From Bacteroidales bacterium (GTDB lineage Bacteria; Bacteroidota; Bacteroidia; Bacteroidales; BM520): 64,000 nt of DNA. The notes under the pieces are model-generated. The model was given only the letters and a program-made list of their open reading frames with translations. It was not told where the DNA came from and made no database searches. Shown here piece after piece: positions 49,735-59,562 of this stretch. The stretch is taken from positions 1,173 through 65,172 of the forward strand of contig JAQWAE010000010.1 in the NCBI GenBank assembly GCA_028707815.1. The letters are read 5' to 3'. Positions within the stretch are counted from its first letter, which is position 1; the number at the start of each line of letters is the position of its first letter. The position numbers and the translations under genes are program-made.

Positions 49735-50922
49735 TTAATCCAATATTTCTACTACCTGACCTGCACCAACGGTTCTACCACCTTCACGGATAGCAAAACG
49801 TAAGTTAAGATCCATTGCGATTTCACTAATCAATTCGACTTCTACAGACAAGTTATCGCCGGGCATTACCATTTCTATTCCTTCAGGAAGGATGATTTCG
49901 CCAGTAACGTCAGTTGTTCTAAAATAGAACTGAGGACGATAATGGTTATGGAAAGGAGTATGACGACCGCCTTCTTCTTTCTTAAGAATATAAACCTGAC
50001 CTTTAAAATGTTTGTGAGGATGAACTGAGTTAGGAGCTGCTACGACCATACCACGACGGATTTCGTCTTTATCGATACCTCTTAACAAAAGACCTGCGTT
50101 ATCACCTGCTTCACCACGGTCCAAAATTTTACGGAACATCTCAACACCGGTAACAACTGATTTCAGTTTTTCTGCGCCAAGACCTATAATATCTACGGGT
50201 TCACCGGTTTTGATTACGCCGGATTCGATTCTTCCGGTAGCAACTGTACCACGACCTGTAATTGAGAATACGTCTTCAACAGGCATAAGGAATGGTTTAT
50301 CAACGTCTCTGACAGGCAATGGTATCCACTCGTCACAAGCATCAATTAATTCTTTAATTTTTTCAACCCATTTTGGCTCTTGGTTTAATCCACCTAATGC
50401 AGAACCGCGGATGATAGGAGTATTATCACCATCATATCCATAGAAAGAGAGGAGGTCTCTGATTTCCATTTCGACTAATTCCAACAATTCTTCATCGTCT
50501 ACCAAGTCAACTTTATTCATAAAAACAACCATTTTTGGCACACCTACCTGATGAGCTAAAAGGATATGTTCACGGGTTTGAGGCATAGGACCATCAGTTG
50601 CAGCGACAACTAAAATAGCACCGTCCATTTGAGCAGCACCGGTTACCATGTTTTTAACATAGTCGGCGTGACCGGGACAGTCAACGTGTGCGTAGTGTCT
50701 GTTTGCTGATTGATACTCTACGTGAGAGGTATTAATGGTAATACCTCTTTCTTTTTCTTCAGGAGCGTTATCGATAGAATCAAATGATTTGAATTCTGCC
50801 AACCCTTCGTCTTGTAATGTTAATGTAATAGCTGCAGTCAAAGTTGTTTTACCATGATCTACGTGTCCAATCGTACCAATGTTTACGTGTGGTTTAGTAC
50901 GTACAAATGTTTCTTTTGCCAT
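49735..50922 (-). CDS. tuf: Elongation factor Tu
   Basis: It has [17 protein letters not shown] and NKVD, and a length of 395 aa. Confidence 0.99.
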   Translation of the reverse strand: MAKETFVRTKPHVNIGTIGHVDHGKTTLTAAITLTLQDEGLAEFKSFDSIDNAPEEKERGITINTSHVEYQSANRHYAHVDCPGHADYVKNMVTGAAQMDGAILVVAATDGPMPQTREHILLAHQVGVPKMVVFMNKVDLVDDEELLELVEMEIRDLLSFYGYDGDNTPIIRGSALGGLNQEPKWVEKIKELIDACDEWIPLPVRDVDKPFLMPVEDVFSITGRGTVATGRIESGVIKTGEPVDIIGLGAEKLKSVVTGVEMFRKILDRGEAGDNAGLLLRGIDKDEIRRGMVVAAPNSVHPHKHFKGQVYILKKEEGGRHTPFHNHYRPQFYFRTTDVTGEIILPEGIEMVMPGDNLSVEVELISEIAMDLNLRFAIREGGRTVGAGQVVEILD

Positions 50923-50976
50923 TTTATTTCAATATTTAAGTTTTGTGGATCTTTTATTTTTTTTAATTCAGTTTTG

Positions 50977-51048
50977 AGCCGTTGATGAGAGTTGAACTCA
51001 TGACCTCTTCCTTACCAAGGAAGCGCTCTACCACTGAGCTACAACGGC
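50977..51048 (-). tRNA. tRNA-Thr (anticodon GGT)
   Basis: The acceptor is GCCGTTG / CAACGGC, the anticodon loop is TTGGTAA and the T-loop is TTCAACT. Confidence 0.9.
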
Positions 51049-51053
51049 ATTTG

Positions 51054-51126
51054 AGCGAGAAACGGGACTCGAACCCGCCACCTACAGCTTGGAAGGCTGT
51101 CGCTCTACCGGATGAGCTACTCCCGC
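51054..51126 (-). tRNA. tRNA-Gly (anticodon TCC)
   Basis: The acceptor is GCGGGAG / TTCTCGC (two G-U pairs), the anticodon loop is CTTCCAA and the T-loop is TTCGAGT. Confidence 0.88.
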
Positions 51127-51169
51127 TTTCATACAAAAAGAATGAGTAAAAAAATTACTCATTCTTCGG

Positions 51170-51251
51170 TGGGGAGAGGTGGATTCGAACCACCGTAGGC
51201 TTAGCCAACAGATTTACAGTCTGCCCCATTTGACCGCTCTGGTATCTCCCC
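51170..51251 (-). tRNA. tRNA-Tyr (anticodon GTA), long variable arm
   Basis: The acceptor is GGGGAGA / TCTCCCC, the anticodon loop is CTGTAAA, the variable arm is GGCTAAGCCTAC and the T-loop is TTCGAAT. Confidence 0.9.
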
Positions 51252-51265
51252 TAAGCTCACTTTAG

Positions 51266-51338
51266 AGCCGATGGACGGGCTCGAACCGCCGACCGGCTGA
51301 TTACAAATCAGCTGCTCTACCAACTGAGCTACATCGGC
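51266..51338 (-). tRNA. tRNA-Thr (anticodon TGT)
   Basis: The acceptor is GCCGATG / CATCGGC, the anticodon loop is TTTGTAA and the T-loop is TTCGAGC. Confidence 0.9.
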
Positions 51339-51393
51339 AACATGTCAATCACTGCATCTTATGCAGTCTCATTTTCCTTTCAAAATGAGACTG

Positions 51394-51401
51394 CAAAGAT
51401 A
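51394..51401 (-). promoter_or_regulatory. Candidate -7 box (TAtcTTTG) upstream of the tRNA-tuf operon
   Basis: The plus strand reads CAAAGATA, about 55 nt upstream of the tRNA-Thr(TGT) 5' end. It abuts a 13-bp hairpin. Confidence 0.4.
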
Positions 51402-51446
51402 CAACTTATTTTTTACTGTACAAGTTTTTTTGAAAAAAATTTCAAA

Positions 51447-51743
51447 TTATTTTCCAATAATCTTGTCTTTCCTCTTAACTACTTGTCTTCTAATAGCTTC
51501 CACACAATCGTCAATGCCTTCCTCAAAAGTATCACATTGCTTTTTGGCAAATAAATCGTCCCCCGGAACCGTTAATCTCACCTCCGTAATCTTATTTGCC
51601 ACCTTTTCTTTCGCATCTATCCTCAAAGTTACATCAGCACCCTGAACTTTGTCATACAGTGGCATCAATTTAGTGACCTTCTTTTCTATAATCTCTTCGA
51701 GCTTGGCATCTGCCTTAAATCCTACCGAATTAATGTTAATCAT
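51447..51743 (-). CDS. hpf: Ribosome hibernation promoting factor / RaiA family (short form)
   Basis: It is 98 aa and begins MININSVGFKADAKLEEIIEKKVTKL, typical of the sigma-54 modulation / S30EA family. Confidence 0.85.
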   Translation of the reverse strand: MININSVGFKADAKLEEIIEKKVTKLMPLYDKVQGADVTLRIDAKEKVANKITEVRLTVPGDDLFAKKQCDTFEEGIDDCVEAIRRQVVKRKDKIIGK

Positions 51744-51775
51744 AACTTTTCCTTTCTTTAATGTTAATACTATTT

Positions 51776-52684
51776 TTATGCACGCGGATGCGCACTTTTA
51801 TATACTTCTTTCATCTTCTCTATCGTGTTGTGAGTGTAAATTTGTGTCGCCGCTAAACTTGAATGACCCAACAACTCTTTCACGGAATTTATATCTGCAC
51901 CTTTGTTCAACAATAACGTTGCAAAGGTATGTCTTAATATATGCGGACTCTTTTTTGTTTGTGTCGTAACTAATTTTAACGCTTCATGAACTATTCTGTA
52001 TATCATCATCGAATAAGGATGCCCGCCTCTATTACTTAATATCAAATAATTATCACCTCTTCTATCCTTAAATTCCAAGTCTCTTACCTCTATATATTTA
52101 TATACCTCTTTTATTATATAAGGTGTCAGCGGTATTATTCTTTCTTTGCTCCTTTTCCCGAAAACCTTCACATTACCTGCTTCTTTATCAAAAGAAGCAT
52201 CTCTCAACGAAACCAATTCAGAGCATCTAATACCTGTCCCTGCTAAAAGTACAATCACCAACCTGTCTCGAACACCCTCAAAATCATCGGCATACTCAAA
52301 TTCCTCAAGCAACTTCTCCAACTCCTGACTGTTAATATATTCAGGTAGATTTTTATCTTTCTTCAAACTTATAATCTCCGTAGCAGGATTTTTATCTATC
52401 AACTTTTTACGTATGGCATACCTATACAATGCCTTAACAGCCGACATTTTCCTATTTACACTTGTCTTTGCTAAATCTGCCTCCACCAAACTAACCATCC
52501 ATGAACGTATCATCTCACTCGTTACTAAATCCATACACTCAATTTCATATTGCTCTTTTATATAAGTCGAAAACTCCGACAAATCGCACTTATATGCTTT
52601 GACTGTATGTAGAGATGCCCTTTTTTCAAAAGAAATATAGTTCAAAAAAAGCTCTATGCCATTAATTAACAACATGTTACTCAT
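51776..52684 (-). CDS. Tyrosine recombinase, XerC/XerD-like
   Basis: It has an N-terminal SAM-like core-binding domain (FLNYISFEKRASLHTVKAYKCDL). The catalytic residues are R (GTGIRCSEL), HILRHTFAT and GHSSLAATQIYTH. The start at 52684 (MSNMLLING) is preferred. Confidence 0.85.
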   Translation of the reverse strand: MSNMLLINGIELFLNYISFEKRASLHTVKAYKCDLSEFSTYIKEQYEIECMDLVTSEMIRSWMVSLVEADLAKTSVNRKMSAVKALYRYAIRKKLIDKNPATEIISLKKDKNLPEYINSQELEKLLEEFEYADDFEGVRDRLVIVLLAGTGIRCSELVSLRDASFDKEAGNVKVFGKRSKERIIPLTPYIIKEVYKYIEVRDLEFKDRRGDNYLILSNRGGHPYSMMIYRIVHEALKLVTTQTKKSPHILRHTFATLLLNKGADINSVKELLGHSSLAATQIYTHNTIEKMKEVYKSAHPRA

Positions 52685-52770
52685 AAAAACAAAATTCCGA
52701 CAAATTTTCGATAAAGATATAGAAAATTTGTCGGAATCCAAATTTTTGCCGCAAAATTTTAAAAAAAAAT

Positions 52771-52968
52771 TTATGCGTTTTCCTGCATGGTTCTCAAATG
52801 CTGTACATAAGCAGCTTTGATCATCCGTTCACGTTTTACTACTGAAGGTTTTGTGAATTTTTGACGTGCTCTTAATTCTTTCACAACGCCGGTTTTTTCA
52901 AACTTCCTTTTCAACTTCTTTAAAGCCTTGTCAATGTTTTCACCTTCTTTTACAGGAACAAAAATCAT
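52771..52968 (-). CDS. rpsU: 30S ribosomal protein S21
   Basis: It is a 65-aa basic protein with KALKKLKRKFEKTGVVKELRARQKFTKPS. Confidence 0.93.
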   Translation of the reverse strand: MIFVPVKEGENIDKALKKLKRKFEKTGVVKELRARQKFTKPSVVKRERMIKAAYVQHLRTMQENA

Positions 52969-53018
52969 AATAAATACCCTCTTTCTTTTGAATTAATAAT
53001 CTTGAAATTTTGAGGTTG

Positions 53019-53026
53019 CAAAGATA
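53019..53026 (-). promoter_or_regulatory. -7 box (TAtcTTTG) for rpsU
   Basis: The plus strand reads CAAAGATA, 51 nt upstream of the ATG at 52968. Confidence 0.45.
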
Positions 53027-53060
53027 GTACTTTTTTTTTAATTGTAATATGTTTTGTAAT

Positions 53061-56036
53061 TTATTCTTTCACAATCTTCTCTACAACAACAACCTTCCCT
53101 TTTATGATTGACATAAAATAAACACCTTGCCTCAACTCCGAAACATTGAGTTCACAATTGGAAACATCTTGCACTTTTTTTGTCAGCACTTTTTTGCCGC
53201 TAATATCATAAATATCGATTTCAGCTGCTCCGACTTCACCGGTAGCAATATTCAGAATCGACTTCACCGGATTTGGATACACGTTTATTGTCATGCCAAC
53301 CACATTATCAATACCAACCACATTGAAAGTCAATATTTCCGAGTTTTCCGACTCTTGTCCTGCTTTATCTACGGTAGTAGCATAAACGCTATATTCAACA
53401 TCATGCACAATTTCAAGTATCAGTTGTGTTCCGTTTACCTGATAAATTTCTTTACTGCCGTCAGCCATCTCGACTGAAACGTTGAAATAATCTAAATCAT
53501 TAATGTCCGGCATATCCCAAGAGATAGCGACATAGCTTCTTTGTCCGAGGAAATCATCGACACGCAAATTTGTCGGTGGTGGCGGGACCTCATCTTCTGC
53601 ATAGAAAGTGATAGTGCCATAGCCTGTCGGGATAAAAGTCTCGGTATTATCGCAGGGCCACAGTCCGTCGTAATTTCCCATGGCAGCATTTCTGACATAG
53701 TAGTACAGACCACTCATATTCTGTTCATTAGGTGTTATTTCATAAGTTTCTCCTCCTATTGGCAGAGCGAACTCCATAACTACATGTCCTGTTGCATCAG
53801 AGGCTTCAAATTCAGTATTTTCCAAAGTAATTGTAGTACCCACACTTTGATTATCGTAAATTGGTCTATACCTTATAGTATTAGGACCGCCTTCGACATA
53901 GTCCATCCAGTAATTGCCTTCGCTGTCATCACCTTGAGGCTCATAAGTACCGTCATTATTATCATCCATATAAAAAGCCACTCTGTCGTTAGTATTCAAT
54001 TGATTATCATTTTCATTGACAGAAGCGACATACAATTTTTCGCCGCAGACTTTAAAATAGAGTTTCACGCTTCCAACGGGCTGACTGCCACCATCTATAC
54101 CTAAAAAATCTGAAGATTCCACTTCATAAGCGTCATTCCACTCGCCTTCCGACATAACTCCGTCTATTACAGGAGCTTCGCCATCAAAAGCATCTATGGC
54201 ATAAGTTATAAAATGCGTTGAGGTATAGCCCAGAGCCACATTTGAATACGGTGATTCCACATTATCATTGATAATAGCGGTAACGGCGTAATAATACTCA
54301 TAAGTTGGAACAGCTGTTTCGTCATAGAACTCGGTTACTCCGGCTTCTACCGTTCCGATAGCAGTTGTAAACGGGTCTTGTTCATACCTTTTTCTATATA
54401 TATTATAGCCATCATTATTATCTGCGAGTTCGCTCCAAGAAAGTTTGACAAACACGTCAATACCCTGAGTAGCGAACAAGTCGGTGATAAAATTGCCTGT
54501 TGGTTGAAGTTCGGCGGAAATAGTGGTTGTATTGTCGGCTGTGATAGTCACATTATCAATTATCTGAGGATAATATCCTGTTTTTGAGACTGTTACTGTA
54601 TATGTACCTGCCGGAATATACTTAACGATAAACTCGCCATTTTCATCGGAATAGTCGAAATAATCATCGATGCCATTGACAGAGATTACGGCTTTACTAT
54701 TGTCATCAGTACCAACGAGGTTGACTGTTCCATCTAAGGTTCCGGAGTTATTAGGTTTTGGGACGAAGTAATAAGCCTGACCGCCGTAGCCCATTTCGCG
54801 TGGGTGAACGCCCTTTCCGGCGGCGATACCGCATGAGCCATCAGGGGCAATGTCGATAAATTCGAAAACACCGGTTGTTGATAATTCGGCTATAGGCACA
54901 GCACTTTGTCTACGGAAAATAAGCAAATCGGCAGAAGAATTGTTTATAGGACCGTAAGTTGCGCAAGCTATCAAACTGCCATCATCGGTAATAGAGATAT
55001 TTGGAACTTCGTCACCACAATCGTGGTAAGCCCAGAGCGGTTCAGCAGAATAATTGTTGAACACATAAACAGATCCCATATAGCCATTTGTGATAAATCC
55101 GAGAGTTCCGACAGCGATAGTTGAGCCGTCAGCGGAGATGTCTACCCCGCAGCCCCAAGTAGAAGAGGAGTTTTCGTGTTGTACGCTTGCTTTCCAAACC
55201 AACCGGTATTCACCGTCTTCATATTTATACAGAGAAGCGAAGCCGCTGAAGTCGGCATAAGCGAGATATTCGCCGCCGGAGCTGAAAGCCGGAGGTGCGG
55301 TCGGCGAATTATTATAATAATACAAATTCTGAAGAATGTCGCCGGTTACAGGATTTACAATCAACGCAGCTCGCATTGTCGCTGCCACACAAACAACCAA
55401 ATGTTCGTTACCATCAGAAACATTCATTTCAACTATACCATTTTCCGTAGTAAAAGACCAAACCGGTGTTGTCATATTATTAAGCAGATATGCTTCTGCA
55501 TAGTTGGCTCCATTTCTATCATTTACACCTATATATATGCCTGTTCCATCAGGATATGGAGTTATAACCGCAATATTTCCCACCATATCTTGTTCCAGAA
55601 TAAGATTTCCTGTTGACGGGTCAATAACATAAAGCATATTCCCATCGGCGACTGCGACTAAAGTGCCGGCTTCATTGGCAAAAGCATCCGTAAAATCGGC
55701 AAAAGTTTCAAATTCCCATTCAGGAGTGGAAGTCTCACCATATTGAGCAATTCTCGAATCATTAAGCTGCCAATTGACGACATTTTTAGAGGTAATATTA
55801 GAAAAATACACATTTTGACCGATAGCATAAGGTTCGTGCATTTCCCAGATGACATTGAGGTTATCTGTTACCTCATTTACAGATTTAGAATTAGCAAAGT
55901 TGCCGTATTCTTTTTCATACGTGACACCATTTTCAGCATTTGTAACAGTTTTCACTGCAAGATTTTTTTGTGCAACAGCGTTGATACCAAAAATCATCAA
56001 CAAAGCACAAATTGCAAAAGATAAAAATTTTTTCAT
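53061..56036 (-). CDS. Large multidomain secreted protein with a T9SS C-terminal sorting domain
   Basis: It has a signal peptide (MKKFLSFAICALLMIFGINAVAQ) and a propeller-like N-terminal region. It also has a carboxypeptidase-regulatory-like domain (GTLDGTVNL..GEFIVKYIPAGTYTVTVSKTGYY) and an FN3-like segment. The C-terminus INVYPNPVKSILNI..GVYFMSI is T9SS type A. Confidence 0.8.
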   Translation of the reverse strand: MKKFLSFAICALLMIFGINAVAQKNLAVKTVTNAENGVTYEKEYGNFANSKSVNEVTDNLNVIWEMHEPYAIGQNVYFSNITSKNVVNWQLNDSRIAQYGETSTPEWEFETFADFTDAFANEAGTLVAVADGNMLYVIDPSTGNLILEQDMVGNIAVITPYPDGTGIYIGVNDRNGANYAEAYLLNNMTTPVWSFTTENGIVEMNVSDGNEHLVVCVAATMRAALIVNPVTGDILQNLYYYNNSPTAPPAFSSGGEYLAYADFSGFASLYKYEDGEYRLVWKASVQHENSSSTWGCGVDISADGSTIAVGTLGFITNGYMGSVYVFNNYSAEPLWAYHDCGDEVPNISITDDGSLIACATYGPINNSSADLLIFRRQSAVPIAELSTTGVFEFIDIAPDGSCGIAAGKGVHPREMGYGGQAYYFVPKPNNSGTLDGTVNLVGTDDNSKAVISVNGIDDYFDYSDENGEFIVKYIPAGTYTVTVSKTGYYPQIIDNVTITADNTTTISAELQPTGNFITDLFATQGIDVFVKLSWSELADNNDGYNIYRKRYEQDPFTTAIGTVEAGVTEFYDETAVPTYEYYYAVTAIINDNVESPYSNVALGYTSTHFITYAIDAFDGEAPVIDGVMSEGEWNDAYEVESSDFLGIDGGSQPVGSVKLYFKVCGEKLYVASVNENDNQLNTNDRVAFYMDDNNDGTYEPQGDDSEGNYWMDYVEGGPNTIRYRPIYDNQSVGTTITLENTEFEASDATGHVVMEFALPIGGETYEITPNEQNMSGLYYYVRNAAMGNYDGLWPCDNTETFIPTGYGTITFYAEDEVPPPPTNLRVDDFLGQRSYVAISWDMPDINDLDYFNVSVEMADGSKEIYQVNGTQLILEIVHDVEYSVYATTVDKAGQESENSEILTFNVVGIDNVVGMTINVYPNPVKSILNIATGEVGAAEIDIYDISGKKVLTKKVQDVSNCELNVSELRQGVYFMSIIKGKVVVVEKIVKE

Positions 56037-56080
56037 AGTAAATTATTTATGTTATATAATTATGTTTCAGACATTTGCAA

Positions 56081-56827
56081 TTACTTCATCCCTCTTTCAA
56101 GTTTTATTTTATCATAAGCTTCTTTTATTTTTTGAAATTTAGCTTGAGCTTCTTTTTGAGCATTTTCTCCGAGATGAGCAACTTTATCGGGGTGATTTTT
56201 CACGGCTAACCTTCTATATGCTTTTTTCACATCTTCATCAGAAGCATCGGGAGTAATTTCGAGGATGGTATAATAGTCATCATTTTTATCGAGGAACATA
56301 GCCTTAATAGAATTATAATCCTGAGTAGAGATACGGAAATAAGTGGCTATAACTTCAATAAGGTCGAGTTCGGCTTTACTAATACTTTTATCGGCAGAGG
56401 CGATGCCAAACAGATACTGCAAAAGTAGAAGTTTAGATGCCTTGTCCATATATCTATTTATCTGATTAGCAACCTCATAGATGTTATACTCCTGTTTAAG
56501 GACGTTTTTCAATATTTTGATATATGCCTCTGCTTTCTCTGCGCCGAATTGTTGCAGGAACCATTTTTTAACAAAATCGAGTTCAGATTTCATCACAGCT
56601 CCATCTGCTTTCATCATTGCAGCAGTAAGGACTATAAGGCTCATTTCGAAGTCGCCCTGTTGAGTTTGAGTTTTATCGGCATAAACAGTTTCGGTTCCAT
56701 TTCCGGAAGCCATATTATTTTTAACATTATCTACAATAGAGCCAATTGCAACTCCCAAAATAGCTCCAAGCGGACCTCCGAGAGCCCAGCCGATGCCACC
56801 ACCTATTATCTTACCTAAAAAACCCAT
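56081..56827 (-). CDS. DjlA-like co-chaperone: N-terminal Gly-rich TM segment, TerB-like domain, C-terminal J domain
   Basis: The J domain is [31 protein letters not shown] (HPD motif). The N-terminus is [26 protein letters not shown] longer ORF starts at 56866. Confidence 0.8.
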   Translation of the reverse strand: MGFLGKIIGGGIGWALGGPLGAILGVAIGSIVDNVKNNMASGNGTETVYADKTQTQQGDFEMSLIVLTAAMMKADGAVMKSELDFVKKWFLQQFGAEKAEAYIKILKNVLKQEYNIYEVANQINRYMDKASKLLLLQYLFGIASADKSISKAELDLIEVIATYFRISTQDYNSIKAMFLDKNDDYYTILEITPDASDEDVKKAYRRLAVKNHPDKVAHLGENAQKEAQAKFQKIKEAYDKIKLERGMK

Positions 56828-56944
56828 AAAATTATTTTTTGCAAAAATAAGACAACATTTTTTCATTTACAATTTTTTTTTATAACTTTGTTTGCTGATT
56901 TTTCAGCCTTAAGATTTGTATGTATAATTAAAAAAAATAAAAAC

Positions 56945-59518
56945 ATGAAAAGATTATTATTATTCTTATCCTTAATTATTGTTTCTATTTCAATGTTTTC
57001 GCAGAAGAATGTTCTAATAGAAGAAGTTACCGGAACGTGGTGTCAATATTGTCCGCGTGGATTTTATTACAGTGATTCATTAACAACAGAATACGACAAT
57101 GTTATTGCCGTCAGCGTACACTTAAATGATGTCATGAAAGATGATGAATACGCTGCTGCGGTACCGAATATCAGTGCTCCGAGTGCAAATTTCAATCGCA
57201 ATTATATGTCTATTGTACCGGAGTCGTGGTTTGGCACTTATACACAAGAGATGCAAATACAGCCGAAAGTCGACATGGAGATAGCGGCAGAATACGATGA
57301 GTCCACGAAACTGATTACAGCCACTGTTGAATTGACGGCATTAGAGAACATATCCGGAGATTACAGGATAGTCGGGATAATAACAGAAGACGGTGTTACA
57401 GGACCTGCGCCTGCTTATAATCAATCGAACATATACAGTAACGGGCAATACGGCTATGTCGGCGGTTATGAAAACCTGCCGAACCCCATACCGGCGCAAA
57501 GGATAGCTTACGACCATGTAGGCAGAAAATTGTTAGGCGGATACAACGGCTTCGAGAACTCTTTCCCCACAAGTTTACTTGCAGGGCAATCGCACAGTTA
57601 CAGCATTGAGTATACACTTCCTGACGATTATGACTATAATTATGTCAGGGTTATTGCTGCTCTTATCAAACAAAGTGATGGTAAAATCGACAATGCCTGC
57701 AAGAGTTTATATCTAAATGGCAACAACAACGCTGCTCCATTATTTACTTCAACAGAAAAGACCGAGAGTTATGTCAATCTCAACTACATATACAACATAT
57801 ACGTTCATGACCCGGACAATAAAGATTTAACCATTACAGCCTCAACGCTACCTTCGTGGTTAACTTTTGAGCAAATAGACAACAAGTCGGCTATTATTTA
57901 TGGTGTTCCGACTGCAGTCGGTGACAATGGTGTTGTCATTGAAGTTACTGACGGTGCGCTAAGTACTACACAAGCATTTTTCATCAGTGTTGGCGAACCT
58001 TTGGAAGGTGAGTGGAAGTTGTTAGGCGACAGAGGTATAACCGAGGAAAGTTGTTATGTTTTGGATGCCTGTGCCGATGAAGCCGGCAACCTTTACGCCT
58101 TAATCCGCGAGAACAGTTTACTCACCGTATATTGTAATTATTTTGATGAACAAGGTTGGGTTGAAATAGGAGCTTCGACAACAACCATTACCATAGCCGG
58201 TGGTATTGCCATAAATTCTGAAGGAGAGATTTTTGTGACATTTGTAGGCAACAACGACCAAATTAAAGTTCAGAAATTAGTTCAATCGGAATGGGTTAAT
58301 GTAGGAACACAATCTTTCACAGGTGCAACTCCCGACATAGCCATCGCCGGTGATGACGTAATTTACATAGTATTTATGGATTTTAGCTCCGATTATCACG
58401 GAGCCGTCTATAGATATGAAAATGAGGCGTGGACTGCGGTAGGCACCAACGGACAATATAGCACAGCCGTCACAACATGGTATTAAATAGAAACTTATGA
58501 CAACAAACCATACGTTCTTTATACAGATTTTGAAAACTCTAACTATGTAAGTGTCTCGCGTTTTGACGGCAACACATGGAATGTAGTCGGCTACAATCCT
58601 GTTTCTACAACTTATGGCTCTTATTATTATCAAGAATTTGCTTTTGATAGTGAAGGTAACATTTACGTAGCTTTCTGTACTTTTTCCGACTTTCATTTGG
58701 CAACATACAAATATAATGGAACGGAATGGATTAGTTTAGGAGAAAATGTTACTGAAAACGCCGTTAGTTTCTTAGACTTAGACTTAAATGAAGATGAATT
58801 ACCGGTAATTTCATATTGTGATAATACGTTAAGCAACTACATAAGTACAATAGAATATAAAGACGGCGAATGGATACACATTGGACAAGAGGGCTTTTCT
58901 GTTGGAGCAAGTTCCTATCTCGAACAAGTCATCATTGACAACACCCCTTTCGTAATCTTTATGGACGTAGAGATAGACAACAGAGCTTCGTGCATGTATT
59001 ATGAAAAAGTAGCAGCATTATATCCGCCAACAAATTTTGCAGCTACTTTATTTAACGACAACTGTGTCAATTTATCGTGGAATTTGCCTGTACAGGGAAC
59101 ACCCGTCAGCTACAACATCTATCGCAATGATGCTCTTTTACAGAACGTTAGCGAAATGGAATACAACGACAATTCAGTGCCGATAGGCGTATATCGTTAC
59201 ACTATCACTGCCGTTTACGAAGCCGGAGAATCTACGCCGGAAGGTCCGATAACCATAGAAATAATTTTAGGTACTGATGAAGTGGATAGTCAAGACATAT
59301 TTAAAATATATCCGACTATGGTTTCAGATGCTGTCACCATAGAAACTACTGTCAGCGGAAAATTGGAAATTTTATCTGTCAACGGAGAAATTATTAAAAG
59401 CCAAAATTATAAATCCGGAACAAGCAGTTTAAATATAAGTAGCTTAAAATCAGGAATGTATATTATCAGATTTAACTATGACAAAGGTGTTTTTATCAAC
59501 AAAATCATAAAAAAATAA
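56945..59518 (+). pseudogene. T9SS-sorted secreted protein gene interrupted by one in-frame TAA (58484-58486). The track shows it as two ORFs, 56888..58486 and 58697..59518.
   Basis: Both track ORFs are in the same frame (start coordinate = 2 mod 3). Translating 58487-58696 by hand gives an open, repeat-consistent sequence (IETYDNKPYVLYTDFENSNYVSVSRFDGNTWNVVGYNPVS..). The signal peptide MKRLLLFLSLIIVSISMFSQ is only at the N-terminus. The T9SS C-terminal domain (FKIYPTMVSDAVTIE..GMYIIRF) is only at the C-terminus. Confidence 0.75.
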
Positions 59519-59562
59519 GCAATAATCTTTAGCCGTTCACGTTAATAAAAAAATCGTTTTTT

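Noticed and set aside
51776-52741. Tyrosine recombinase next to a tRNA cluster as the integrase of an integrated mobile element
   Set aside because: The rpsU-recombinase-hpf-tRNA-tuf order is, as far as I recall, conserved housekeeping synteny in Bacteroidales (XerC/D-like). There is no direct repeat of a tRNA 3' end nearby and no phage or conjugation genes.
58484-58486. TAA reassignment to a sense codon in this organism
   Set aside because: TAA terminates genes whose stop I checked by hand (the PPDK-like gene, recA and pgm). Those ORFs end where homologs are expected to end, so a genome-wide recoding is not supported.
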